Positions 1-14,283 of a DNA stretch of 64,000 nucleotides are shown one piece after another (the stretch's first letter is position 1; every line of letters begins with the position of its first letter). This DNA is from the human T2T-CHM13v2.0 reference genome, Homo sapiens, in NCBI RefSeq assembly GCF_009914755.1, contig NC_060937.1. One strand, 5' to 3'. Below the pieces are notes generated by a model. That model saw nothing but the letters and a program-made list of their open reading frames with translations, did not search any database and was not told the origin of the DNA. The position numbers and the translations under genes were made by a program.

Positions 1-789
1 TCATTTGAAACAAGAAATAACTGTAAGATTGAAAACTAAGACTTCTGAAATTATTAGCTTAAAAATACCAAAACAGTATATTATTTACTTTTTCTCTTAC
101 CTAATTTTTTGAATAAAGGGAAGAATACAGTTAGCTTGGCAGTACTAGTTTTCAAACAATATAGAATTCAAGCAAGTTTAGGTCTTAAAATTCCTTATGT
201 GTCTAAAACTGAGATGAAGTATGTCTAGTAGTATACTGGCCAAATATGAGTCTCAACAGATTCTTCTCAAGTAATCACAAGGATGCAACAGAATTTTAGG
301 TCTAGGCTATCAATATCCTCAATGGGCACATTTAAAGGATTGTTACAACTAAAGTCCCACTATCCTTTTGAACATATTTTGAGTGTGCCTATTTCTCCTT
401 TCCTTTTTCACCCCTTTTAGTTATCTCTCTCTTCCAATGTAACAAGGAAATAAAGTTAAATCCAACCTACATATTCAAAGGATTAGAAAACATGAAACCA
501 TTTTCTAATGAAAGCAGATTCATAAGTTTGATAAAGTGCCAATTTCTTATTAAACATAAGCATTTTAAGAGATGTTTTTGTTTTCAAATCTGACCTGATT
601 TTTTAATAGGTCAGTACTAAATACATTCCATAATATATAATACAGTACTCAATCTAATCCAAAATTTTCTTTCTTAGCAATCTATTTTCTGTATTTAGAA
701 AAATGTTTTTTATTTCAAAGAGCCTCTCAAAGAGCATTTCACGTATCTTTTACTGTTTTTCTCTCCACCTCCAAGGGGTCTGTCTAGAT

Positions 790-1100
790 CAGTGCTGTTC
801 AACAGAATTATATGTAAGTCATAAAGGAGAGCTACCTACATAAAATTTTGTAGCAGCCACGTTAAAAACTGGTAAGAGATTAGATTAATTTCAATTAACT
901 TAGGCCAATATATTTTAGGAACTATCACTTCAATAAGTAGTCAACAGAAAAAAATTGATCAGATACCGTACTTTACTTTTCAATTCGATTAAAAAGTAAA
1001 AAATCTCATGTGTATTTTATACTTCACATTTTGATTCAGACGAGCCACATTTCAAATGCTCAATACAGTACATGGCTACCATATTTTTTAAACAGCACAG
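790..1100 (+). mobile_element. MER33-like hAT-Charlie DNA transposon (HSPH1 intron 2)
   Basis: Starts CAGTGCTGTTCAACAGAA and ends ACAGCACAG; internal GCCACATTTCAAATGCTCAATA; 8-bp TSD-like flanks GTCTAGAT / GTCTGGAC. Confidence 0.75.
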
Positions 1101-1314
1101 GTCTGGACAAAAATTTCTCCCAGTCCTACCTTAATTACTAAGTAACCTGAAAATGCTTTTAAACACATAATTTCTTAGAAGTTCCTTCTATAAAAGGAAT
1201 CTCTTAAATGAGTATCACGAGAAACTTCACAAGAACTTAAAATGCCTTGTTTATAATTTCTAAAAATTAGATAAATGAAAGGCAGCAAAAAGTTACTAAA
1301 AGTTAAAGTCAGCA

Positions 1315-1640
<326 letters not shown>

Positions 1641-1849
1641 TTAAAGTCGATCTTAATAAAACAAGGGAAAGGGAACAGAAAGGAAAGAGTGTCATCATCT
1701 GAAGGTTCATAAAGAATACTTGAATTACATTTTTAAAACTCAAAAATACATAAACTTAGGCACACTTTACCCTCTTATATGTCTCTTGAGATTTTCCTTT
1801 TAAAAACTCCCCCCTTAAAAAGTGATCCGAATTCTCTTAAAGAACATAC

Positions 1850-1907
1850 CTGATTTTTGGCTGCAACTCCGATTGTTCTATTTTTTGATCCAAATGATAT
1901 GACTGAC
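1850..1907 (-). CDS. HSPH1: HSPH1 coding exon 2 (58 nt)
   Basis: Minus strand AG|GTCAGTC...AATCAG|GTATG; translates (P)SVISFGSKNRTIGVAAKNQ and continues exon 1 in phase 2 (107+58 = 165 nt, 55 codons). Later exons lie outside the window. Confidence 0.97.
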
Positions 1908-4518
1908 CTAGAAAAAAATATATTCCAAAAAATTAAAAAGCATAAAGGTTGATATTTTAAACTAATAAGAGAAAAATACTAACATAAATGTCCTACCCAT
2001 TAGGGGATAGGGAACAAGCATAGCACAATTTTAAGGTCTATAGCTTTCATCAGATACTCAAAGGGGGCTTCCACTTAATTGCTGCTCTGAGATCCAACCT
2101 AGGTGGCAGTTCTACTACCCCAAAAACCTCTGCTCGTGGCTCAGGAATTCTCCAGGTTCCAGTTATTATGAACCGAACATTAACTTTGAAAATGTTTTAA
2201 ATATGTTAACGGTATTATTAATTTGACCCTACACACGACTAACAAAAAATAGGATGTGACTCTACCTTTCAGTCACCAACTCTGTACAAATCTAAATGTC
2301 ATTGTCATACCGACTTTTGTTCTGATATACCACCGGCTTCTTTAGGAATCAAAAGTTTTTATGCAAACGCAAGCAAATGAACCCAAGTTACACCTCTGAA
2401 GTTTAAAGAGCACAAAGAGGTTCCCATCTGGGAGATTCTGCCGGAGAAAGAAAAAAATGATGCACAACAAGTACCATGGCAAAACAGAATATAAATGTCG
2501 AGGGAAAGGAGTGACTAATCAGTTACATCAAATCTGTTTTGAAGAGATGGAAAGTGACTTACAACTGTGAAACAACCTTCTCAGCCACCATGGAAATGGA
2601 ACCGCACAATAACAGAGCAGAGACTAGCTTAAAAAGTCTTGTGAGAAGAAGGTAAGTGAATTAGGTTTTGGATTAGAGGAGTTATCTAATTCTGGATTAC
2701 TAATTCAAATATAATCTAATTTTGGGTGAGTTACTCCTACCTGCTTAGGTATGAGTAATGGTAAACGAGATGAGCAAAACGGGAAAATACTGAGGGCATT
2801 AAGTACCACCCTTAAGTTTAAATTTGCTATAATAGAAACATCCTCAAACTATATTATCTGAGCAAGTGTTAAATAAAATAGCATCCTAAAAGCCAGAGAA
2901 GTGTCCAAGCAGAAGCTACACAAGAAACCGTCAAAATCAGAGCATCACTGTAAGCTCTGAATAACCATACACTTGCAGAATGGATCTACTCATTTTCCTA
3001 GGGGAGAATCAAATTAATTTTACTAAATAACAATTAGTAGCTGATACAATAGAATCCACCACAATTATAGTTTAACAAACATATTAAGGGGAACTCCAAT
3101 ACTGCCCTCAGTTCACATTTTTCAGGGCCATACCTGTTGTCTTTGATTTCACACAGTAGTCCCTGTATAACACAATTTTTTTTCCCACTCTCTTCTCTGA
3201 AAAGCTTTTCTTTGTTTTATTGGATCAACCAGAACAAAGTATAAACTGTATCTAGGCATGAAAGCCTGAAATACTGTTTTCTTTCTTACTAAACTCCAAT
3301 TAAAAAAACCTTAACCAAAACACAAACTTAGATCTGCAGGGGTAGACGTACAGGTTGCTCAGAACAGTCTTCCTAACGTTACTAACATTGCCAAATATTT
3401 TGCCTCAGATTTTCCACTCAACTTTCATAAACGTTCTCAGCACCCAAATAATTGTATTACCCCAGTCATTCATTCTACCTTTAGGTTCAATGTTTTCATT
3501 TTGCACTTTTCATCCTGAGCTTGGGACATTTGAAAAAAATTAATAGGTACAGTATTTTCCTTGAGATGAAATCATTTGTTTTCATCAATGCACATGCAGA
3601 TATGTTTGTATATATTCTCGTCCGAAAATATCCCTTCACGAAACTTGCTTTTTAAAATGTTGCCCTTTGCCCACCCTATGCTCCTATAGAATATTTAGTT
3701 CAGTGACGACATCCATCCTCTTGTGGCGTCCTAGCACAAAAGTATGCAATTTTTATTCTCTTTTAAATAAACTGTGCAAAATTAATTTTAAAAATACGGT
3801 TTACAATTCCTCATGAATGGCAAAGAGCAAAAAAAAAGACGTTTACATCTTTCGACAATGATCCCGGGCATTAAGGCCAACAATGTTAGCAACGAAGAGA
3901 CTGGGTAAAAAGAGGTGGGCTAATCTTTCATAGGACTGCTTCCGTGGTCGCTAACAACAATCCGCCTGCTCACTGGACAAGCAGCGACACAAGCTCTGGA
4001 AGCTTCCAGTTCATTTCGAGATTCACAATGCGGAAGAAAAAGGCCGGCAGCCCCGCTCCGCGGTGCGCAAAGATATGCGCGAAGGGAGGAGGACAAGCTG
4101 GAGGCGGCTCAGCCAGCTCAGAGAGGCCGGGTGGGGATACGGGGGCGGCCGCGGAAGGCGCAGGCTGCAGCCTGCCAAGAAAAGGGAGCGAAGTTGCGGG
4201 CTTTGCCGCAGCCCGACCCCCAGTAGGTTTTGAAAACCCCCAATAGGAAGCCCGCACAAGGTGACGACCCTTAGAGTCTCGACTCTGGGACTCCTCTCAC
4301 CCCCGTGAATCCCTGAGACAATCCCTTCTCCAATTTGTGATGGCAAGCCCCCCATCCCTCCTCTGGCCGGGTCGCTGGTCCCTAGTTCCACGGAGGGGTG
4401 CGCCGCTGCCCAAACGCCTCCGTTTGCCGCGGTGATCCGTACAGCCAGCCCGCGATCTTGGGTCCCCACACTAAGGGCCCAGAACCTCCTCCCATCCACC
4501 CTCGCAGACTCCCACTTA

Positions 4519-4899
<381 letters not shown>

Positions 4900-4975
4900 T
4901 CACTCTGCCGCGGCTCGCACACCGGCGCCGGCGCTGAACTACCGACCCAAAAGGGGAGGTCCCACTTCCTCAGCC

Positions 4976-4982
4976 TTATGTA
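4976..4982 (-). promoter_or_regulatory. TATA-like element (TACATAA) of the proximal HSPH1 promoter
   Basis: AT-rich heptamer in GC-rich context just downstream of the proximal HSE; implies a TSS near 4950 (inferred). Confidence 0.55.
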
Positions 4983-4993
4983 TCGCACTGATC

Positions 4994-5008
4994 AGAACTT
5001 TCCAGAAT
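4994..5008. promoter_or_regulatory. Proximal heat shock element (HSF1 site)
   Basis: Perfect three-unit array aGAAc-tTTCc-aGAAt. Confidence 0.9.
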
Positions 5009-5025
5009 CTGCGGCATTTACTCAC

Positions 5026-5138
5026 CGGCGCCTCCACCGGCCCCTCCACGTGCCACTTCCGCTTCCTTCTTCTCGAGCCTTCTGGAAAGATTCTACCCAA
5101 TGGGCAGCCGGTCCCCGGAGAACGGCCGCCGTTGCCAT
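5026..5138 (-). CDS. HSPH1: Candidate alternative first coding exon of HSPH1 (113 nt)
   Basis: GCCATGG Kozak at 5138; donor CCG|GTGAGT after 5026; phase 2 like exon 1, so in frame with exon 2; MATAAVLRGPAAHWVESFQKAREEGSGSGTWRGRWRRR. Confidence 0.6.
5069..5088. promoter_or_regulatory. Distal heat shock element
   Basis: cTTCt-cGAGc-cTTCt-gGAAa: four in-phase pentamers, one imperfect. Confidence 0.8.
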
Positions 5139-5190
5139 GGCAGCGACAGGGCCGCTCCCGTGCCATTGGCTCAAACCTGCCTCCGCCCAC
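5097..5190. promoter_or_regulatory. Two CCAAT boxes and a GC box
   Basis: CCAAT 5097-5101, ATTGG about 5165-5169, CTCCGCCCAC 5181-5190. Confidence 0.6.
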
Positions 5191-5396
5191 TCCCGCCCTA
5201 GCCACAGGCGTTTTGCTGCCCTAATAAAACAGGCAACGAAGAATGACTCCAAAACTCGGAATAGTCACAATTTACTACCGGGAGGTGGTGTCCGATCCTT
5301 AACGCTAAAGGGAGGCTGGGCGGGCGGAGACAGACCCCATTTTTGCAGAGACCCCAGACACCGGGATGGTGGGGAGGCCGGCCAGCTGTCCGGAGA

Positions 5397-5458
5397 GCAT
5401 GTTGGGAATCGTAGTCCCGCTGGGAGAAGTGTGCGCCTTGCATGCTGGGATGTGTAGT
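5397..5458 (-). promoter_or_regulatory. Two tandem ZNF143/THAP11-type (SBS2) motifs
   Basis: Minus strand ACTACGATTCCCAACATGC (5397-5415) and ACTACACATCCCAGCATGC (5440-5458), matching ACTACAnnTCCCAnnATGC. Confidence 0.8.
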
Positions 5459-7197
5459 CCTGGCCGCAGTGCTTGCTGGGACCCGGCTTTGTCTTCTGGG
5501 ACTCGCGAGAGAGGCTGGGTAGGGTTTTGTCTGGCGCTTTTGCGCGGGTTCCCTGGCAATAAGCGTCATTTTGTTCGTTTGTTTTGTATTCACTTCTATT
5601 ATTGTCTGGATTACCCCGACAACTGGTGCGTTACGACTTAGGAGAAGGAACACCAGTTCAAACCGCTTATAATAAAAGCAAAGGGGTTGTGTTAAGTGTT
5701 CTTGTATTCATCAGGCAGCAGGATGATCTCTTGTGGAGTAAAATGTCAGGTGTTTTTTTTTTTAAGAAATCGATTTTTAGTTGTGACGTCATTTGGCAGG
5801 CTGTCCACGGTATCACTTTCTGCTTATTTTTAAAAGGTCTGATTTAAGCCGACGCTGTTCTACCCTGCCACTCCTAGCCATAAATTGGTACTGTGTGTAA
5901 GTTTTGCTTCTTGTTTGATCTGAAGCAGCTTTTGTTTCTTTCCCTCAGAAGCGATGTCCCCGTTAACTTTTGTTCAGTAAAGAGACAGTGTAAGAAAAGG
6001 TGGAACTGTGTTGCTGATAACTTATCAGGTCTTTTATACCCTTTTGTGTCTTTTTAAGTTTGCTTCTGATCCCTGAGTTTACCTTATGTCAGGCATGTGG
6101 AAGTATAAGCACAGTTCAAATATGTTATTGGATAAGCGTGTAATTGAATAAGGAGTTGTAACCTAAAGTTAGAAAAATCTAACTCATAAAGAGTATGGGA
6201 ATTCCTCCTTGTCTATCAAAACAAGTTGGTTAAGTCAGAGGCAAGACGAAAGGCCCAGGTTTACATTACATGTAAATTGTATGTGCTTTTGCTAGTTTTC
6301 CTGCCACTTAGGTGGCTTACTTAACATGCTTCAGTTAACTCACCTTTAAAATGGGAGCAATAATAGTTATCACGGGGTTGTTGTGTTCTTACATTTGGAC
6401 ATATAGTTAGCTGTAACTATAAGTTATTTTTGTTATGCATCCCAAAAACTTGGTTTCTGTCCCCACCCCCCGCCCACCAACTTTTTCTTACATATCAAAA
6501 CCTTATAATAAAATCCATGGAGACATAGCAATTTTGAACAGAAAGAACCTTTGAGATTATTTGGTCTGCTTCCCACATTTTAACTGCCGTACGAAGAGGA
6601 GACATGAACAGTTCTCAGTCTTTGGAGCCAGACAGATTTGGGTCAGGTTCAAATCCTTGGCACTCTACTAAGATGTTTTATATAAAGTACAGCTTGTAAG
6701 GGCACCAGGCCTCCTGGAGTCAGACATCATGGGCTTGAATCCTAGCTATTCTTATTTGTGAGCTGTGTGATGTTGCGATAATTACTAAGCCTTTCTGTAT
6801 TCCATCTCATGGTGTTTATGTAATGATGGAAACTATATGTAAAGCACTAAACATATATAAACATAAACATATAAAGTCTGTCATCTTTGTCAAATTCCTC
6901 TTTGCCCTCTGTTTCCTCGACTGTAAAATGGAAGTAATACCTATTTTTGCTAGGATTTTGGAAGGATTAGATATAAATAAAACATGGTATGGTGGTATTT
7001 GATAAATTGTAGTAATAGAAGTAATATCATTCAGTGAAAGTCAGTACAAACTTTAATCTTGTACTGCTGTGGATGTGTTGTGTAGTCATGGTGTAGCCCC
7101 CTTTTATTTAATCGATTTGCCTTAATTATTCAGCACAACAGGTAAGTGATAAGAGGTTGTAAAATCTACCATATTTATTATCTAATTGAAATTCTTA

Positions 7198-7490
<293 letters not shown>

Positions 7491-8589
7491 TCACTTTTAA
7501 CACTTTATTATATTTTATTACTTTATATGTTTATATATTTTATTACATGTAGAATTTATCACACTTACTGTTGTAATGTCAGAAATTTTAAAATGAGACT
7601 TGGACCAAATAATGACAATCCCTACAAATCCTTGTTATGTAATTATGAATCCAATTATTAGGTTTCATTCCATATTTGTTTTAGAGAATAAGAAGGACCT
7701 CAAAATTGGAAGCAGAAACAGACCACTTCCAAAGAACAATAAAACAAAAATGCAAAATTAAGAAAAGCCCAAACAAAAATGCCATTCAAAGAGATAATAT
7801 GCAGTAGATATAAAAAACTATGCCAGGCTTCCTTGAAAGGAGGAAGAGATGGGCAAAGGAGGGGATATGCAGATAGAGTAATATACATGAAAGTGCATAT
7901 GACTTTGAATTTCTGGTATCAACCAGTATGGCAGTCTTCTCTATAACCAGCATAATGCCAGGGTCTGGAGGGTTACAGAAGTAGTATAAAACTTGTTCTA
8001 AATCAAGATGTGTTTTGTCACTTCTCTGCAATGCTGGGGCATCATGAATACTCAATTATCTGAAATCTTGTCCGTTTGAACCTTTTTCAATATTTGCTTA
8101 CCAAAAGATTTTTGTTTTCTTCTTATATATTAACCTGAAAATGTATCTTTTAAACCTTAATTGGTTCTGCTAAAACCTATTTTGTCCTTATTTTAAGTTA
8201 TAATAGAATGATCATCTAAAAATAGGAATGCATGGGGAAATCACGCAGGGAGCAGAGACTTATAAAAAGGTAACACCTAGAAATAAGGTAAGTATGTTTT
8301 GTCTGGTAGGACATGGAAAAGATATGTAAAATGATGTTTCTTTTAGCCTAAAAAGGATCATATTTTGTAATAAATGTGGCAGACAAAAACTCAATGTGTA
8401 GGAAAATGTTCATGTCTGCCCCCAAACTCACTGTGAGCCACTTTGCCACTGGAACACCGTGCTCAGGCACACTGGCCCCCTACCCCACATCAAGGTGTTC
8501 CTTTATTCCCCTGCCTAGAAAATTCTTCCTCAGGCTCCTGGCTAGGCCAGTTCCTCATCCTTCAAGGCTCTATTGAATTCTTCACCATC

Positions 8590-9135
8590 TGTAGAGAAGG
8601 TTTCTGAATGCCCACCCAGTAAGCACATTACCCTTCCCCAAAGTACACCCAGTTCTTGTCCAGTTAAGGAGAAGCTGGTGCCAGCCCGAATGCGGAGGGT
8701 GGTCACTGTTTGGCTTAGGCCAATCAGCACATCCTATTCCCCTTGGCCACAGTCGTTGGTTCCAGGATGGTCAGGTGACCTAGGCAGCCCAATCAGGGTG
8801 ACTTTCAGGGCTATGGTTTAGAATGCCTGGGTATGAGGGTATTTCTCTGCCCCTTTCCATCCCTTTCCTTCCACTCCCTCCATCTTCTTCTTCCTCCAGG
8901 CGCTGTTGTGTGAGGTTATGAGGCCCAGAACCATTACAACAACCTTACTATCATCCTGAAAAGGAAATGACACATGGAAGTGGATAGAACTAAGAAAATT
9001 AAGTTGGAGCCTAGGGCTGAAGTCAGTCTTGAGACCCACCCTACCTCTAGATTTAAGTTATGCCAGCCATACATTTCCTCACCACTTAAGCCAACTTGAA
9101 TTGGGGTTTCTGTTACTTGCTACCCAAAGCAAGTA
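8590..9135 (+). mobile_element. MLT1-type (MaLR) LTR, flanked by L2-like sequence
   Basis: 3' end TTAAGCCAACTTGAATTGGGGTTTCTGTTACTTGC and internal GGCCAATCAGCACATCC typical of old MLT1. Confidence 0.6.
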
Positions 9136-9267
9136 ACCTCCTCAGGAAGGTCTTTCATGACCATATTACCTAAAGCACCTCCTGGTTCACTCTCTGTTGT
9201 TATCCACTGATTTCCTTCACAACATGTACCACACTCTATACTACAACATATAGCTGCAGTGATCTTG

Positions 9268-9269
<2 letters not shown>

Positions 9270-9313
<44 letters not shown>
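9270..9313. repeat. (GT)n microsatellite, about 22 units
   Basis: Pure dinucleotide run. Confidence 0.97.
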
Positions 9314-9315
<2 letters not shown>

Positions 9316-9455
9316 GGTACTTCCCTTCTTTGATTGTCTGACCCAGAGGGCAGTGATTGTTTTTCTTCTTTATAGTGCATTATAGATGCTCAATCAATAT
9401 TTGTTGAATAGTTGAATGAAAAAACAAACTTATTGGGAAATGCTTTTCTCTAATG

Positions 9456-9708
9456 CAGAGTTTCTCAGCCTTGGCACTGTTGACATTTTGGGCTGGATAG
9501 TCATCGTGTGGGCTGTCCTGCACCCTGAATAATTAACTGCATCCATGGCCACATCCTACTAGTTGCCAGCAGCAGTGTCCTGCTCTTCCTCCCGCACCCC
9601 CCACACCCCCACCACCTCACCCCTGGCCCAATTGCAACAACCGAAAATGTCTCCAGACATTGCCGAATGTCACCAATGGACAAAGTTGTCCCTGGTTAAG
9701 AGCAGTAG
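9456..9708 (+). mobile_element. MER20 DNA transposon
   Basis: CAGAGTTTCTCAGCCTTGGCACTGTTGACATTTTGGGCTGGATA ... AAAATGTCTCCAGACATTGCCGAATGTC. Confidence 0.8.
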
Positions 9709-9977
9709 CTTTGATTTAAGCCTAATACAAAAAGGGCAGAGTCTCAGAATGTGTTTGAAAGAAAATAGAGCACTGTTTGATTTCTGAGCCACAGAGGCTA
9801 AGAGATGGGAGAACGGTAACCCAGATCTGAATGAGTCAGACAACTCCAACCTGTATTAGGTTACAAGAGGAGGGACACATCTCTCATTTGGCTACGAGAC
9901 ATGCCTGCTGTTGTACAAATGTGCACTGCCTATTCCAAGAAGGTAATATTGAACTGTGGTTGAAAGTATTTTTGTGA

Positions 9978-10336
<359 letters not shown>

Positions 10337-10567
10337 ACCTTGGCTTCTTTACTTATGAAATAATAATTAGAATGCCCACATAGTGACTGAAAATTATTAA
10401 TTAATTCTTACATTCATGGTTACCTTAGTCATTCTATCATAGAAAGGAGAAAGAAAGTTAATATTTGGATAACCAGAATCATTGTTGCCCTACATAATAT
10501 TCTGATTTTCCACCCTGAAAACTAAATTTATATACCAGAAATAGATTCCTCTTTTCTTCTTTCTTTT

Positions 10568-11564
10568 GTTTCTTCAGGCATGTGTGAAAAGAAGGAAAGG
10601 AAGGAAGAGTTAGTATCCTGTGTCTCTTCTATTCCAAATTATGATGAGGTCAGTTCAAAGTCCTTGTACATAAAGATGAGTCATTTCAGTACAGACTCTT
10701 TAGGTTTGCTGTGTTGAAAAAAAGCACCTTCATTTTGGTGGGAAAATAACTACAAATTGTTGGTGTATTTTTCTGTGTGTCAGAGGATTCTGAAACCAGG
10801 ATGTGTCTGAGCTCTTGAGACATATTACAGATGCCCTCATGGGGTAGCTCATTAAGCTGTTGGAACCAAGGGTGCATTCAGTTCCCCTAAACTAATTAAT
10901 AATCCACTAGGGAGGGTGGGAGTGGTAGAATAAAAAACATTTTGGGTACCTGTTTTTATTGAGCAAGTCATACTGTTCTTACCTCATTTGTGCCAAGTGA
11001 AATGAAATTCCTCCTTCCGGACACTTCGGAAGAACTCACTATCTGATTGCAAAGTTACATCTTGGCAAGGATGTATATAACCACTTGTCTAATGGTGGAT
11101 GACTAGAATAATGTGGAAAGGAGAGACACAACTCAAAGCCATACAAATTACAGTTGCTTTATTTAATTCCTTGGCATCAATGGGAAAACAGCAAAAAGGG
11201 AATTTCTTGCCTATTCTGAAGGATGAGGCACTCAAATTATTCTACATGCCTTTCAGCTGCTTTCCACACCAGCAAACATGAGGTTAAAATATATTGAGAG
11301 GAAGGAATAAAGCATTGGAGAAGATGAGACTTCCTAGAAAAAAATTCAGTTACTCTTAGAAAGCTAATATTGCTGGCCAACAACACTGAAACCAGCTTTT
11401 TAAATTCTGAAATGTAAATTAGACCCAAAGAGTCTGTACTGAAATGACTCATCTTTATGTACAAGGACTTTGAATCGACCTCATCATAATTTGGAATAGA
11501 AAAGATACAGGATACTAACTATTCCTTCCTTTCTTTCTTTCTTTTCACATGTGCCTGAAGAAAC
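10568..11564. repeat. Long inverted repeat: arms 10568-10707 and 11421-11564, spacer about 713 bp
   Basis: Arms are reverse complements with about 10 substitutions and one 4-bp indel by hand count; 48-bp identical core at 10654-10701. Confidence 0.95.
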
Positions 11565-12227
11565 GGTTACAATTCTGTTTTTCCTGAGGAAGTGTGTAAT
11601 TTGTTACTTTCATTAAAGAAGCCCATTCTCCATAAATACGTTAGTCCACCTTATTTCCTGCTTACAAAGGCTCTCTTAGCCTTTCACCATTTAACAACTC
11701 TTTTTATATTTTGACAATATAAATGTTTTCCCCTTTGTCTCTGAAAAGAGGGAACAGGGTCAGCCCAAGACAAAAAGGCAGGAGAGTGTCTTGAGCTCCT
11801 TGTCCCTGCCATGTCTCCAGCCTCTGTCTCTCCCAGGCCCAGGCAGATAACCCGCCGGCTGGTGCCTCCCAACTCCCAAAGCTCCTTTCGCCTGGGTTCT
11901 GGTGTGCCATCCATGCTTACGCATCTCTCTGTGCCCAGTGCCCTGCACTAAGCCAGGTGTGTAGCCGGCCCTCACGCTGTTAGCTGCTGTTAAATGCCAG
12001 CACTCCACCCCACCCAACTCTGTTGTGGCTCCTCCGACTGCCAGCACGGCTACGTCATCAAACAGGTGCTCCCAATCATTCCCGGTCATATGAAAAAACC
12101 AAGTCACATAGATTTAAGTTTCCACTCCCAGAATGGAGATATTTTTATTAAATAAGTTCCACTTAAATAAAACCAGTTTCCCTAGTTGGTTATATTAAAG
12201 GCTGCATAGGAAGATATCCAAGGGGCA

Positions 12228-12746
<519 letters not shown>

Positions 12747-12829
12747 TTAGGGCTTGTTTATTGATTCCCCCAAGGGCTGTGAGCTCCCGAAGACTGTCCT
12801 TTCTCTTTTTATTTATAGGCCTTTGTTGA

Positions 12830-13298
<469 letters not shown>

Positions 13299-13806
13299 CT
13301 CTGCCAAGGTTCTTAAGCCATACATGCATGTTCTCTTCCTATCTGATTTCTTTTTGGTCTGCCATGGCTAAGAGGCCTAACCAGCAAGAGGGAGCCAGGC
13401 CTTCTTACATCATCAGCTGCAAGAAAGTGAAAAAAGTGTCCTTCCCTGTTTGCTAGAACAAACAACAAACCATTCCTCCTTTTCCCCCACCTGGGACCTG
13501 CACTGGCCTTTCCAATGGGGAGGGCAACTCATTAGGAGGAGGAAATCCACTCTAGACTATCGCCTTTGGTGGCAGAGATGAATAACAAAGGTTTTTCTTC
13601 TCCTCTGGAGTAATGGAAGCTCGACCCTTACTACTGTGACCTATGGCATGTCCTTGAGGATCACATCTGTCTTTGAATAGACCCAGAACTCTTCCCTGGG
13701 GGCAGAGTACCATTGTCTGTTGTTGTGTGTAAGGAGATGTGAGGGTGCTTGGCAGGGATGGTGAGTGGGGACTATAACATTGAGGAATCCTGGGCTGTTC
13801 CCAAAG

Positions 13807-14283
13807 TGAGGCAGGAGAATAGAGTCTGCAGGCAGGGAACCTAAGGCCGATTTAGGCTGACTTCCTAGAACTAAATCAAAAGGAAAACCCCAACTTTGCA
13901 AACCCTCCCTCCTTTTCCTGCATAGCAGACAGAAAATTGAAAGTACCTCTGACTGGTTGCTTTCCACAACCAATCAGATGTTTGCATACGAATGTAACTT
14001 TGTAACTTTGCTTCAGCCTCTTGATTGCGGACCACTACTTCATTTGCATGGGGTGTAAACCAAGTGGCCAATGGGAAACCTCTAGAGTGTATTTAAACTC
14101 CAGAAAATTCTGGAACTGGGGCCTTGATCCCCTATGCTAAGACCCATTCCCACCATGTGGAGTGTACTTTTATTTTCAATAGATCTCTGTTTTGGTGCTT
14201 CATTCTTTCCTTGTTTTGTTTGTGCATTTTGTCCAATTCTTTGTTCAAGATGTCAAAAACCTAGACACTCTCCACCAGTAACA
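13807..14283 (+). mobile_element. MER51-family ERV1 solo LTR (internally shortened)
   Basis: TGAGGCAGGAGAATAG...GGCAGGGAACCTAAGGCCGATT ... CCACCAGTAACA; TG..CA termini; 4-bp TSD AAAG; homologous to 34703-35375. Confidence 0.85.

Noticed and set aside
10641-10810. ATGATGA box-C-like motif in the inverted-repeat arms (snoRNA?)
   Set aside because: No suitably placed box D with a terminal stem, and no evident host intron.
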